A stretch of DNA of 64,000 nt from Candidatus Eiseniibacteriota bacterium (GCA_963703225.1 OY969801.1:2080001-2144000), one strand, 5' to 3'. Numbered from the stretch's first letter, positions 10,835 to 21,017 are shown. Notes: generated by a model not told the origin, from the letters alone. Program-made: numbers and translations.

Positions 10835-12058
10835 ATGGTGGCCGTAAGCGAAATTCTCCTCGAGTCGGTCCGGGCGCTACAGCGAAACAAGATGCGGGCG
10901 GCGCTCACCATGCTCGGCGTGATCATCGGCGTCGCGTCCGTGGTCGCGACGTTCGCGATCGGCCAGGGAGCGAAGGCACAGGTCCAAGAGCAGATCCGCA
11001 GCCTCGGCTCCAACGTCATCATGGTCTTTTCCGGCTCGAACATGGCGGGGGGTGTTCGAGGCGGGACGGGAACCTTCCAAGCGCTCACGCCCGATGACGC
11101 CAAGGCCATCGTGAGCGAGTGTCCGTCCGTCAAGATCGCCTCGCCCACCGTTCGGACCATGGCGCAGATCGTCGCGGCCGACCAGAACTGGAACACCACG
11201 ATCCAGGGCGGCGACGAGAACTACCTCACGGTTCGGGAGTGGCCGGTCGATTCCGGGCGCTCCTTCACCACCTCCGACGTCCGCGCCGCGGCCAAGGTCT
11301 GCCTCCTCGGAACCACGACCGCTCGCCAGCTCTTCGGCGACGCCGACCCCGTCGGCACCACCATCCGGATCCGGAAGCTCCCCTTTCAGGTGATCGGCGT
11401 CCTGGTCAGCAAGGGAAGCACCTCCTGGGGACAGGATCAGGACGACATCGTGGTCGCGCCGCTGACCACCGTGCAGCAGAAGCTCTTGAATTCGCGGCTT
11501 CGGATCAACTCGATCCTCGTCTCGGCGGCCGACGAATCGCTGGTGGACCAGGCGATCGAGGAGATCACGGCGCTGCTGCGTCAGCGCCACCACTTGGGCC
11601 TGGGCGATCCCGACGACTTCATGGTCCGGTCGCAGGCGGAGATCGCCTCCACCGCGGCGAGCACGTCCCAGGTGATGACGCTCCTCCTCTCGAGCATCGC
11701 GCTCGTCTCCCTGCTCGTCGGCGGGATCGGGATCATGAACATCATGCTCGTCTCGGTGACCGAGCGGACGCGGGAGATCGGCGTCCGCCGCGCGCTCGGC
11801 GCGCGCGGCAACGACATTCTGATGCAATTCCTCGCGGAGTCGGCGCTGGTGAGCCTGATCGGTGGGACGGTGGGAATTGGGCTCGGCATCGGGATCGCCA
11901 AGCTGGTGTCGCGATTCGCCGCGTGGCCGACCCTGATCGGGGTCGACTCCATCGTGATCGCGTTCGGCTTCTCGGCGATGGTCGGGCTCTTCTTTGGATT
12001 CTATCCCGCGCGGACCGCGGCCCGGCTCGACCCCATCGATTCGCTTCGCTACGAGTAG
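10835..12058 (+). CDS. MacB-like ABC permease (no nucleotide-binding domain)
   Basis: RAALTMLGVIIGV, LLVGGIGIMNIMLVSVTERTREIG, YPARTAARLDPIDSLRYE. Confidence 0.92.
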   Translation: MVAVSEILLESVRALQRNKMRAALTMLGVIIGVASVVATFAIGQGAKAQVQEQIRSLGSNVIMVFSGSNMAGGVRGGTGTFQALTPDDAKAIVSECPSVKIASPTVRTMAQIVAADQNWNTTIQGGDENYLTVREWPVDSGRSFTTSDVRAAAKVCLLGTTTARQLFGDADPVGTTIRIRKLPFQVIGVLVSKGSTSWGQDQDDIVVAPLTTVQQKLLNSRLRINSILVSAADESLVDQAIEEITALLRQRHHLGLGDPDDFMVRSQAEIASTAASTSQVMTLLLSSIALVSLLVGGIGIMNIMLVSVTERTREIGVRRALGARGNDILMQFLAESALVSLIGGTVGIGLGIGIAKLVSRFAAWPTLIGVDSIVIAFGFSAMVGLFFGFYPARTAARLDPIDSLRYE

Positions 12059-12546
12059 GTAGGTCCTACGCCCGCCTTCGCCGCCCGGAGCCGGGCGACG
12101 ATCTGGGACGACGATTGTCCCGGCACGAGCGGGACGATCACGACCTTTCCGTTCGCCCGTTCCACCACGTCCCGTCCGACAACCTGGTCGGGCCGGTAGT
12201 CCCCGCCCTTCACGAGCACGTCGGGCAGGAGCTCCCGGATCAGCGTGAGGGGCGTCTCCTCGTCGAAGAGGACCACGCCGTCGACGTCCGCGAGCGCCGC
12301 GAGCACCTGGGAGCGCGCCGCCTCGTCCTGCAAGGGACGTCCCTCCCCCTTCAGCGCTCGGACGGAGCGGTCGGAGTTGAGCCCCACCATCAGGTAGTGC
12401 CCCTCGCGCTTCGCCTGGTGCAACAGGGCGACGTGCCCCGGGTGGAGGACGTCGAAGCATCCGTTGGTGAAGACGAAGGTCTGGGAGAGCGCCCGCGCCG
12501 CGGCCCGGCGGCGGAGCGCGTCGACGTGGGCGAGGACCTCACCCAC
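12049..12546 (-). CDS. rfaE2: D-glycero-beta-D-manno-heptose 1-phosphate adenylyltransferase (HldE domain II)
   Basis: FTNGCFDVLHPGH, GLNSD, LVKGGDY. Confidence 0.93.
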   Translation of the reverse strand: MGEVLAHVDALRRRAAARALSQTFVFTNGCFDVLHPGHVALLHQAKREGHYLMVGLNSDRSVRALKGEGRPLQDEAARSQVLAALADVDGVVLFDEETPLTLIRELLPDVLVKGGDYRPDQVVGRDVVERANGKVVIVPLVPGQSSSQIVARLRAAKAGVGPTYS

Positions 12547-13567
12547 GCGGGAGATCCTCGAGGGAGCCGATGAGGTCGGCGGCGGTCGCCGCGGCCGTCC
12601 CCAGCTCGGCCACCACGAGGCCGGCCGCGTGGTTGGCCAGGACGCACGCCTCGGGGAGCGACGCCCGCGCGGCGAGCGCGGTCGCGATGACGGCGACGAC
12701 CGTGTCTCCCGCGCCGGTGACGTCGAATACCTTCCGCGCGCGGGTCGGGAAATGGGTGTGCCCCTGACCGGTGAAAAGCGACATGCCGGCCTCGCCGCGG
12801 GTGATGAGGACCGATTCGATTCCGAGGCGGTCGCGCAGTCCGAATCCCGCCTCGATCAAGTCGGACTCGGAGCGGAACCTCCTTCCCCACGCCTCCGAAG
12901 CCTCGGACGCGTTCGGGGTGATCAGGCTGACTCCCCGATAGCGCGGAAAATTCTCTTCCTTCGGATCAACCGCGCTCGGAATGCCGCGCCGCGTGAGCTC
13001 GGGGAGCAGTTGCCCCAAAAGTTCGTGCGTCACGACGCCCTTGCCATAATCGCTGATCAAGACCGCGTCGGCGCCCTCCAGAGCCGCCCGCGTCCGCTCC
13101 CACAGATCGGCGCGCGCGCCGTCGGCGAGCGGCTCCCGGGTTTCCTCGTCGGCTCGAAGGACCTGCTGGTTGTGGGCGATGATGCGGGTCTTGACCGTGG
13201 TCCGCCGAGACCGGTCGCGAACCAATCCGCGCTCGGGATCGACGCCGCGGGCGCGGAGCAGCCGCTCCAGGTCGTTGGCCGCGCCGTCCTCCCCGAGGGC
13301 CCCGATCAAGACGGGCTCGGCGCCGAGCGCGCGCACGTTGTGTGCCACATTCGCGGCGCCCCCCAGGCGGAGCTCCTCTTTGTCTACGTCCACCACCAGA
13401 ACCGGCGCCTCCGGCGAAACGCGCGTCGCGCGTCCCCAGAGGTAGCGATCGAGGATGGCATCTCCGATCACCAGGACGCGCCGTCCGCGGAACGATCCGA
13501 CGCGCTCCGCGAGCGCCTCGCGCGTGAACCGGGGAGCCGCGCTCGCCGCCGCCGTCGGCGGAATCAA
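12539..13567 (-). CDS. rfaE1: Heptose-7-phosphate kinase (HldE domain I)
   Basis: RVSPEAPV, LGGAANVA, SDYGKG, DVTGAGDTV. TTG start at 13567 inferred from stop overlap. Confidence 0.92.
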   Translation of the reverse strand: MIPPTAAASAAPRFTREALAERVGSFRGRRVLVIGDAILDRYLWGRATRVSPEAPVLVVDVDKEELRLGGAANVAHNVRALGAEPVLIGALGEDGAANDLERLLRARGVDPERGLVRDRSRRTTVKTRIIAHNQQVLRADEETREPLADGARADLWERTRAALEGADAVLISDYGKGVVTHELLGQLLPELTRRGIPSAVDPKEENFPRYRGVSLITPNASEASEAWGRRFRSESDLIEAGFGLRDRLGIESVLITRGEAGMSLFTGQGHTHFPTRARKVFDVTGAGDTVVAVIATALAARASLPEACVLANHAAGLVVAELGTAAATAADLIGSLEDLPRG

Positions 13568-13863
13568 CGGCCGCCTTCCGGCTCTTCCGGCTGGATCGAG
13601 GCGTCCGGCTCGGGCCGCGCGGCGTAGAAATCGGCGATCAGCGCGCGCGCCTGCTCGGCGTCGTGCTCCAGAACTTCGATCCGACCCCAGTACCCCTTCC
13701 TCATCGCTTCGATGGTGCCTAACCACGGAATCTGCGCCGACACGACCGCCGCTCGGATCCCCTGGCCTTCCAGGAAATCGCGGAGCATCGTCGCGGTCGC
13801 TTCGTCGGGAACCTGATGCACCGGCACGAAGTCCTCCTCGCGCCGCTCCTGCTCCGCGCTCAT
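13564..13863 (-). CDS. DUF2007-like small protein
   Basis: A-x-M-L-x-x-F-L-E-x-x-G-I pattern followed by V-x-E-x-D-A-E-x-A-R; overlaps both neighbours. Confidence 0.65.
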   Translation of the reverse strand: MSAEQERREEDFVPVHQVPDEATATMLRDFLEGQGIRAAVVSAQIPWLGTIEAMRKGYWGRIEVLEHDAEQARALIADFYAARPEPDASIQPEEPEGGR

Positions 13864-14843
13864 TGTCGATAGCCCTCCGGAAACCTCCCTCGCCATTCCC
13901 ACGCGGTCTCGATCATCAGGTCGAGATCGCCGAATTGCGGGCTCCAGCGTAACACGCGCCGAGCCTCCGCCGACGACGCAATCAGGGTGGGGGGATCACC
14001 CAACCTCCGGGGGGCCGGCTTGGTCGGGACGCTCCGCCGCGTCACCCGCTCCACGGCCGAAACCACCTCCCGAACCGAAGCGCCGCGGTCCGACCCGAGG
14101 TTCAGGATGACGCTGTCGCCGCCCTCCGCCAGGTGACGCGCGGCCCGGATGTGGGCGTCCGCCACGTCGACGACATGCACGTAGTCGCGGACCGCCGTCC
14201 CGTCCGGAGTGGAATAGTCGGTCCCATAGATCGGGACAGGACCTCGCGCCCCGCGCGCGGCGTCGATCAAGAGCGGGATCAGGTGGGTCTCCACGCGATG
14301 GTCTTCCCCGAGATCGATGCTCGCGCCGGCCACGTTGAAGTAGCGGAGGGCGACGAAGCGGAGCTCCCCGCGCTCGGCGCGCTCGCGGAGAACCTCTTCG
14401 AATCGAAGCTTGGTCTCGCCGTAGGGATTTCCGGGCTTCACGGGAGAGCCCTCGTGGAGCGGCATCGGCGCCCGCTCGTCGTAGACCGCGGCGGAGGAGG
14501 AAAAGATGATGTCCCGGACGTTGTGCGCCCGCATGGCGTCGAGGAGGCCGAGCCCCGCTTCGACATTGGCTCTCCGGTAGGAATCGGGATCGGCCACCGA
14601 ATCCGCGACGATCGAGCGCGCGGCGAGGTGGACGACGCAGTCGATCTCCTTCGTCGTGAAGGCCTCGCGCAGCTTGGCAGGGTCTTCCAAACCCCCCTCG
14701 ATCAAGAGCGCGAGCGGCGAGACCGCGTCCTTGTGCCCTGTCGAGAGGTCATCGAGCACGATCGCCGAGTGGCGACCCCGCACCAGCTCCCCGACGACGA
14801 CGCTGCCGATATACCCCGCGCCCCCGACGACGAGGAAATTCAC
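13860..14843 (-). CDS. galE: UDP-glucose 4-epimerase
   Basis: GGAGYIGS, SSSAAVY, YGETK, LRYFNVAGA, DGTAVRDYVHV. Confidence 0.94.
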   Translation of the reverse strand: MNFLVVGGAGYIGSVVVGELVRGRHSAIVLDDLSTGHKDAVSPLALLIEGGLEDPAKLREAFTTKEIDCVVHLAARSIVADSVADPDSYRRANVEAGLGLLDAMRAHNVRDIIFSSSAAVYDERAPMPLHEGSPVKPGNPYGETKLRFEEVLRERAERGELRFVALRYFNVAGASIDLGEDHRVETHLIPLLIDAARGARGPVPIYGTDYSTPDGTAVRDYVHVVDVADAHIRAARHLAEGGDSVILNLGSDRGASVREVVSAVERVTRRSVPTKPAPRRLGDPPTLIASSAEARRVLRWSPQFGDLDLMIETAWEWRGRFPEGYRQ

Positions 14844-15550
14844 GACCGCTCGAGGACCTCGCGGATTTGCCGAAACGCCGCCTCGGGGTCGGGGGCGCGA
14901 AAGATGGAGTGCCCCGCCACGAACGTGTCGGCTCCCGCCCGCGCCGCGACCGCCGCGGTCTCGACGGTGATCCCCCCGTCCACTTGCAGGAGGCAATCAT
15001 GCCCACCGGCCTCGATCGCCTCCCGGACGCGCGCGATCCGCTCGGGCGAATCGGCCAGGAAGGGCTGCCCCCCCGCGCCCGGCTCCACCGTCATGATCAG
15101 CGCGATGTCGATCGCGGGCAGCGCGTCGATGAGGCGCGCGATCGGCGTTCCCGGCTTGACGCTCAATCCGGCGCGCAGACCGCGGGCGCGGATCGCGCGC
15201 GCCGCGGCCGCCGGATCCGGGACGGTCTCGACGTGAACGGTCAGGTGGTCGGCCCCGGCCCGGGCGAAGGGCTCGAGGAAGCGCAGCGGCTCGACGATCA
15301 TGAGGTGCACGTCGAGGGGAAGCGGGGTGAGCCGGCGCATCGCCTCGACGAGCAGTGGGCCAAAGGTCAGGTTGGGAACGAACTGTCCGTCCATGACGTC
15401 CACGTGGAGAAAGTCGGCTCCGGCGCGCTCCACGCGCCTGATCTCTTCACCGAGCTTCGCGAAATCCGCGGAGAGGATCGAAGGGCAGACGCGTGGCCGC
15501 CGGGGCCGCGACCAGGTCGAGGCCGCGGGTCCTGGCCCCGGCGCCCTCAT
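14840..15550 (-). CDS. rpe: Ribulose-phosphate 3-epimerase
   Basis: PSILSADF, HVDVMDGQFVPN, DVHLM, MTVEPG, VDGGI. Confidence 0.95.
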   Translation of the reverse strand: MRAPGPGPAASTWSRPRRPRVCPSILSADFAKLGEEIRRVERAGADFLHVDVMDGQFVPNLTFGPLLVEAMRRLTPLPLDVHLMIVEPLRFLEPFARAGADHLTVHVETVPDPAAAARAIRARGLRAGLSVKPGTPIARLIDALPAIDIALIMTVEPGAGGQPFLADSPERIARVREAIEAGGHDCLLQVDGGITVETAAVAARAGADTFVAGHSIFRAPDPEAAFRQIREVLERS

Positions 15551-16641
15551 GGGTGGTAGTAGAGCACGAGCGAATCGCGCGGCGCCACGCGATGTCCCGA
15601 CGCGGGATCCTGCCCGGACACGAGGCCGTTCTTCTGCCGCGACCCTCCTTCGCGCAGCGACACGTAGAAGCCCACGTCCCGGAGGCTCCGCGCGGCGGAA
15701 ACGGCGTCGCGCCCCGTCAGGTCGGGGAGGACAAAGGCGCGGGGCAACGGCCCCAGGCTCACCAGAAGGTCGACCGAGGTTTCCTGCTCCACCACCGTTT
15801 CGCCGGGCGGATCGGAGGCGATGATCAGATCCTTGCTCACCTGCTCGGAGTAAGCGCTCGCGGTGCGGCCCATCTTGAGCCCGGCACCTTCGAGCAGGAT
15901 CTCCGCCTGGCGCGCGGTCACTCCATCGAGAATCGGGACGCTGGTACCCTGGGCGCCCAGACTCACGATCACGGAGATTCGACGGCCGCGTTTCACGATT
16001 CCGCCCGCTGTCGGGTCCTGCGCGGTGATGAACCCGCGCGGGACATCGGGGCTCCACTGTTCGGAGATTTTGGAGAGCTTGAGGTCCTCCGCAGCCAGGA
16101 GCCGCTCCGCCTCGCGTTCGCTGAAGCCAATCACCTCCGGGACCCGAACCTCCGCACCCTGGCGCGTGAGGCTCGGCATCAAGATCAGGTTTACAGCGAG
16201 ATAACCCCCCAAGAGCGCGACGGCGGCTAGGAGGAGCGTCCCGGTCAAGAAATTGAACCGGGGACCCCGGCGCCGATCCCCGGGCGGGCCTCCGACTTCA
16301 GGCGCGAGAGAGTCCAGCTCCACCGGCTCAAGCTCGGGGCCCATCGCGATCGGATCCGCGTTGGGATCGATCGACGGAACCCTGGGAATCGGAGGGAGCG
16401 CGATGGGCGCCGCCTCGGGTGGCGCAGATGGCGGCGCTTCGGGAGATGCGGCCGGCGGCGCTTCGGGAGACGCCGAGGTCGGCGCGTCGGGCGACGCGGC
16501 CGGCGGCGTGTCGGGAGACGCGGCCACCGGCGCGGCAGGCTCCGCGGCTACCGGCGCGGCAGGCTCCGCGGCCACCTCCGTCGCGGTCTCAGGGGCCAGC
16601 CCCGCGACTTCGCGGTCCCGCTTTCGCTTTCGGCGGCTCAT
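15547..16641 (-). CDS. Single-TM protein with three PASTA domains and a Pro/Ala-rich cytoplasmic N-terminus
   Basis: TM LLLAAVALLGGYLAVNLIL followed by VPEVIG, VPILDG and LPDLTG PASTA repeats; no kinase domain. Confidence 0.85.
   Translation of the reverse strand: MSRRKRKRDREVAGLAPETATEVAAEPAAPVAAEPAAPVAASPDTPPAASPDAPTSASPEAPPAASPEAPPSAPPEAAPIALPPIPRVPSIDPNADPIAMGPELEPVELDSLAPEVGGPPGDRRRGPRFNFLTGTLLLAAVALLGGYLAVNLILMPSLTRQGAEVRVPEVIGFSEREAERLLAAEDLKLSKISEQWSPDVPRGFITAQDPTAGGIVKRGRRISVIVSLGAQGTSVPILDGVTARQAEILLEGAGLKMGRTASAYSEQVSKDLIIASDPPGETVVEQETSVDLLVSLGPLPRAFVLPDLTGRDAVSAARSLRDVGFYVSLREGGSRQKNGLVSGQDPASGHRVAPRDSLVLYYHP
16405..16572 (-). repeat. Seven imperfect 24-bp (8-aa) tandem repeats
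   Basis: AAEPAAPV x2, AASPDTPP, AASPDAPT, SASPEAPP, AASPEAPP, SAPPEAAP. Confidence 0.8.
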
Positions 16642-18017
16642 CGTCGTGCCATCCGAGCGGCGAAGACGCCGTCGGTTCCGTGTCGGTGAGGGAACGCGCG
16701 GAACACCGGCTCCGCGGCCGCGAATCCGGGGGGAAGAAACGGCTGGACGTTTTCGCGCGCGAACTCGGGGTGCGTCCTCAAGAACGACTCCACGATCTCG
16801 TCCGTCTCTTCGGGCTCCAAGGAGCAGACACTATACACCAACACCCCGCCAGGCCGGACGAGAGGGGCTGCTCCGTCGAGGAGACCGCGCTGCAGCTCGG
16901 CCATCTCGGGGATCGTCGCCTCCTCCTTTCTCCATCGCGCGTCGGCGCGGCGCCGCAGCACGCCGAGCCCGGTACAGGGCGCGTCGACCAGCACCCGGTC
17001 GAACGGACTGTTGAAGGGGGGCGTCCGGCCGTCGCCGCAGACGACATGAATCCCCGGAAGCCGGAGGCGCTCGACGAGGTTCTCGCGAAGCGCGCGAGCG
17101 CGGCTCATGTGCCGCTCGAGCGCGACCAACCTTCCTCCCGGCGCGATCCGCTCGGCGATCTGCGAGGCTTTCCCTCCCGGAGCGGCGCAGAGGTCGAGCA
17201 CCCGTTCGCCCGGCTTTGGATCGAGGATGATCACGACCGCCGATTCCGCCTCGTCCTGGAGCGTGAGGAGGCCCTGGCGAAAGAGCGGCGACCGGGCCGC
17301 GACAAAGCCCCGCTCGAGCAGGAAGACCGGTCCCCCGTTCGGGCCCGGCGTCGCTTGGTGTCCCTCGGCCTTGAGCGCCTCGACCAGCGCTCCCGGGCTC
17401 GTGCGGTGAAGGTTGGGGCGCACGGAGACATAGGGCTCCGTATTGTCCGACTCCAAGATTCGAGTGGCCTCGTCGATTCCGTAGCGCGCGACCCATCGCT
17501 GGACGAGCCACCGAGGGTGCGAGTGGAGCACCGCGAGGTGGTCGATGGGGTGGGTCGCGATGTCGGGGAGGGGCGCGCGATCCCCCCGCGCGAGGCGTCG
17601 GAGGACCGCGTTCACGAGCCCGGCCGTGCCGGGGTGGCCGTAGCGCTTGGCCAGCTCCACGCTCTGGTCGACCGCCGCCGATTCCGGGATGCGGGTGAGA
17701 ACGAGAATCTGAAACGCGCCCAGTCGAAGCGCCGCCCGGATCGGAGCCGGCAGAGCGGCAATCCCGCCACCGGTGAACGCGTCGAGATGATGATCGAGAA
17801 ACGCACGGCGTCGCAGCGTCCCCTGGACGAGCGCCGTGACGAGCCCCGCATCGGGGCCCGTGAGCCCCGCGTCCCTCAGCTTGGTTTCGAGGAGGCGATC
17901 GGAGTAGGCGCTCCGCCCTTCCGTGGCGAGCAGGATTTGGAGCGCCAACTCGCGGGCGCCGGGAGCGCGGCGGGGCGGTCGGCGCCTCGTGCCCCCCGCG
18001 GGCCGGCCGCGCTTCAC
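16638..18017 (-). CDS. rsmB: 16S rRNA m5C967 methyltransferase
   Basis: NusB-like N-terminus (LVNAVLR), SHPRW, DLCAAPGGK, DAPCTGLG, YSVCSL; follows fmt. Confidence 0.93.
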   Translation of the reverse strand: MKRGRPAGGTRRRPPRRAPGARELALQILLATEGRSAYSDRLLETKLRDAGLTGPDAGLVTALVQGTLRRRAFLDHHLDAFTGGGIAALPAPIRAALRLGAFQILVLTRIPESAAVDQSVELAKRYGHPGTAGLVNAVLRRLARGDRAPLPDIATHPIDHLAVLHSHPRWLVQRWVARYGIDEATRILESDNTEPYVSVRPNLHRTSPGALVEALKAEGHQATPGPNGGPVFLLERGFVAARSPLFRQGLLTLQDEAESAVVIILDPKPGERVLDLCAAPGGKASQIAERIAPGGRLVALERHMSRARALRENLVERLRLPGIHVVCGDGRTPPFNSPFDRVLVDAPCTGLGVLRRRADARWRKEEATIPEMAELQRGLLDGAAPLVRPGGVLVYSVCSLEPEETDEIVESFLRTHPEFARENVQPFLPPGFAAAEPVFRAFPHRHGTDGVFAARMARR

Positions 18018-18961
18018 GCCAACACCGGCGGAATCGCGAGCCGGTCTCCGGCCTTCAAGCGAGCGCCGTTCGCATATTCGAATCCAGACATGTCGCGTCG
18101 GCCGCTCGGGCGAACACCGCGAAGCCAGAGGGACCCCTCGCCTGTCGCGATCCGGATACCGCGCGCCGGATCCACCGCGATCACGGTCCCCGGCGCCGCG
18201 CGTCCATCGCCGTCGACCGACGCGGAGGTGACGATGAGGCGCCCCTTGGGAAGCGCCACGTACGCGCCGGGGTTGGGTGTGAACGCGCGGATGCGGCGGA
18301 CGAGCTCCTCCGCGGGGTGGTCGAGCGGAAGCGCGCCCGCGTCTCTTGCGATCTTCGGCGCGTAGGTCGCGAGCGTGGAATCTTGGGGAAAGCGGGCCGC
18401 TTGCCCCCGCTCCAGCCTGTCGAGCGCCTCGACCAGGCATTCCGCTGCCAGATGAGCCAGGCGAGACCCCAAGGATCCCGCGTCTTCCTCCTCCCCGATC
18501 GGAATCGCGCGCGACAAGAAGATGGGGCCCTCGTCGAGCCCCTCGGTCATCCACATCACCGTAACGCCCGTCTCGCGGTCCCCGGCCAGAAGCGCGGCCT
18601 GGATGGGCGAGGCGCCGCGATGACGCGGCAGGAGCGAGTAATGGAGGTTGATCGCGCCCAAACGCGGTGCCGAGAGGAGCGCGGGCGGCAGGATCTGCCC
18701 GTAGGCAACCACGACCAGGAGATCGGGCGCGAGGGAACGAACCCGCTCGATTTCCTCAGGCGCACCGGCGCTTCTCGGTGTCGCGACCGTGAGCTTGAGC
18801 TCTTCCGCCGTTTGGCGGACGGGCGACTTCCCGGACTTGAGACCGCGCCCGCGGGGTCGGTCGGCGCGTGTCACGACGAGCTGGGGGGGATGACCGGCCG
18901 AGATGAGGCGAGCGAGCGGCGGCACCGCGAGCGACGGCGTGCCGTAGAAGACCAGGCGCAC
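18014..18961 (-). CDS. fmt: Methionyl-tRNA formyltransferase
   Basis: VFYGTP, VVAYGQIL, NLHYSLLPRHRGASP, GLDEG. Confidence 0.95.
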   Translation of the reverse strand: MRLVFYGTPSLAVPPLARLISAGHPPQLVVTRADRPRGRGLKSGKSPVRQTAEELKLTVATPRSAGAPEEIERVRSLAPDLLVVVAYGQILPPALLSAPRLGAINLHYSLLPRHRGASPIQAALLAGDRETGVTVMWMTEGLDEGPIFLSRAIPIGEEEDAGSLGSRLAHLAAECLVEALDRLERGQAARFPQDSTLATYAPKIARDAGALPLDHPAEELVRRIRAFTPNPGAYVALPKGRLIVTSASVDGDGRAAPGTVIAVDPARGIRIATGEGSLWLRGVRPSGRRDMSGFEYANGARLKAGDRLAIPPVLA

Positions 18962-18969
18962 GGCGCCCG

Positions 18970-19524
18970 CTACAGGGAGGTGTGGAGCCGGGACGACTCG
19001 GATGCCGCTCCGACTGGAGGGCGGACCTTCTTGAGCTTTCCTTCCAGGAGCTTTCGATGGATGGCGCTCAAGCGATCGACGAACAGGACGCCGTCGAGAT
19101 GATCGGTCTCGTGCTGGATCGCGCGGGAGAGCAGCCCCTCCGCCTCGAGACGGAACGGCGTCCCGTTCTCGTCGGTCGCTTCCACGACAATCCGGGCGGC
19201 GCGCTTTACGTCGGCGCGAATTCCGGGGATGCTGAGGCATCCTTCCTCGCCGACCATGGTTCCGGTCCGCTCCACGATGACGGGATTGACGAACGCGCGC
19301 TTCACCCGCTCCGTCCCCGTCTCGCCCACGTCGACCACGAAAACACGCTGGGAGACTCCGACCTGCGGCGCGGCCAGGCCCACGCCCGCTTCCCGGTAGA
19401 GACACTCAAACATGGCTTGGACGAACTTCCGCGTGTCGGACAACGGGGCGGTCACCGGCTCCGCCTTCTTCCGGAGAACGGGATCGCCGTAGTACCGGAG
19501 GGAGAGCGGATCTTTATTCGCCAC
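18970..19524 (-). CDS. def: Peptide deformylase
   Basis: GVGLAAPQVG, EGCLSIP, QHETDHLDG. Confidence 0.97.
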   Translation of the reverse strand: MANKDPLSLRYYGDPVLRKKAEPVTAPLSDTRKFVQAMFECLYREAGVGLAAPQVGVSQRVFVVDVGETGTERVKRAFVNPVIVERTGTMVGEEGCLSIPGIRADVKRAARIVVEATDENGTPFRLEAEGLLSRAIQHETDHLDGVLFVDRLSAIHRKLLEGKLKKVRPPVGAASESSRLHTSL

Positions 19525-19849
19525 GTCCCAGCACCTGGACGATGGACTCCTTGGAGAATTCCATCTTCACCTCGTCCGCCACTTTCAGCACGACGATTTC
19601 TTCCTTCTCTCCCTTTTTCCCGACGACGGTTCCAAAAACTCCGCCCACGGTCAACACGCGATCGCCTTTGCCGATGGCCTTCCGCATGGCCTCGGTGTCT
19701 TTGGCCTTTCGCTGCTGAGGGCGGATGATCATGAAGTAGAAGATCCCAATCGTGACCGCCAGGATGAAGAACATGTGAAGCATCTGGTCGGCCCCGCTGG
19801 GGGCCGCGGCGGCGGGCGATGCCGCCTGCGCGAAAGCAGCTTTCACCAT
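19514..19849 (-). CDS. yajC: Preprotein translocase subunit YajC
   Basis: IFYFMIIRPQQRK, GDRVLTVGGVFG; follows tgt. Confidence 0.94.
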   Translation of the reverse strand: MVKAAFAQAASPAAAAPSGADQMLHMFFILAVTIGIFYFMIIRPQQRKAKDTEAMRKAIGKGDRVLTVGGVFGTVVGKKGEKEEIVVLKVADEVKMEFSKESIVQVLGRGE

Positions 19850-19878
19850 GGTGACTCCTCGAGGTCTCTGGGGTTGGG

Positions 19879-20997
19879 CTAGCTGGCCCGATTGCGATAG
19901 CGAGCCCGGAACGCCTCCGCGAACCGGCTCCATTCATCGCGTTCGATCGCCGTGCGGGCCTGGGACATGAGTGTCTGGTAAAACGTGAGGTTGTGCAAGG
20001 TCAGCATTCGGTGGGCGAGGATCTCGCCGGCGTGGTGGAGATGGCGCAGATACGCCCTTCCAAATTGGACGCAGGCCTCGCACGCGCATTCGGGATCGAG
20101 CGGCTTGGGATCACCCGCGAACGCGGCGTTCCGGATGTTGATCGGACCTTGAGACGTGAAGACCATGCCGTTTCGCGCGTTTCGGGTTGGGAGCACGCAA
20201 TCGAAGAGGTCGACGCCGAGCGCCACACCATCGAGCAGATCGAGCGGGGTCCCCATCCCCATCAAGTAACGCGGCCGATCGGACGGCAGGACCTCGTTGG
20301 TCGCGCGCACGAGGGCCCACGTCGCCTCCTTCGATTCCCCCACCGACAGACCGCCGATGGCGAATCCGGCGCAGTCGAGACCCGCCGTGCGCTCCGCCAG
20401 CTCCCGGCGCAGCCCAGGGTCGTCCGCCCCCTGCGCGATCGCGAACGCGTGCTGCGGCTTTCCCGTCGGTGTGGAGCACGTCCGGGCACGGCGAAGGGAG
20501 CGCTCGGCCCACCGGATCGAGCGCTCGCCCGCGTCGCGGGCATCCTGGGGATCGACCGGCACGTGCACCGCGTGGTCGAGCGTGACCGCGATGTCGGATC
20601 CGATATCGGCCTGGATCTCCATCGCGCGCTCGGGGGACAGGAATTCCAGATTGCCGTCGAGGTGCGAGCGAAACTCGACCCCTTCCTCGCGGATCGTGAC
20701 GCGCCCTTTGAGGCTCAAGATCTGGTAGCCGCCGCTGTCGGTGAGGATCGGCCCATCCCAGGCCATCATGCGATGGAGGCCGCCGAGCTGGCGGATGAGC
20801 GCGGCTCCGGGCCGAAGCATCAGGTGATAGGTGTTCGCGAGGAGGATCTGGGTCCCCGCGGCGCGGATTTCAGCGGGCGAGAGACCTTTGACGCTCCCCG
20901 CGGTCCCGACCGGCATGAAGGCGGGCGTGCGCGCGACTCCGTGGGCTGTGTGAAGAAGTCCGGCGCGCGGGGTAACCGCCCCACCCCGCTCGAGCAC
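19879..20997 (-). CDS. tgt: tRNA-guanine transglycosylase (start uncertain)
   Basis: TPAFMPVGT, NTYHL, DSGGYQ, GGLSVGE, FDCVLPTR, CACEAC...H. Confidence 0.95.
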   Translation of the reverse strand: MLERGGAVTPRAGLLHTAHGVARTPAFMPVGTAGSVKGLSPAEIRAAGTQILLANTYHLMLRPGAALIRQLGGLHRMMAWDGPILTDSGGYQILSLKGRVTIREEGVEFRSHLDGNLEFLSPERAMEIQADIGSDIAVTLDHAVHVPVDPQDARDAGERSIRWAERSLRRARTCSTPTGKPQHAFAIAQGADDPGLRRELAERTAGLDCAGFAIGGLSVGESKEATWALVRATNEVLPSDRPRYLMGMGTPLDLLDGVALGVDLFDCVLPTRNARNGMVFTSQGPINIRNAAFAGDPKPLDPECACEACVQFGRAYLRHLHHAGEILAHRMLTLHNLTFYQTLMSQARTAIERDEWSRFAEAFRARYRNRAS

Positions 20998-21017
20998 GAA
21001 GAAGGGCGGGCTGAGGC

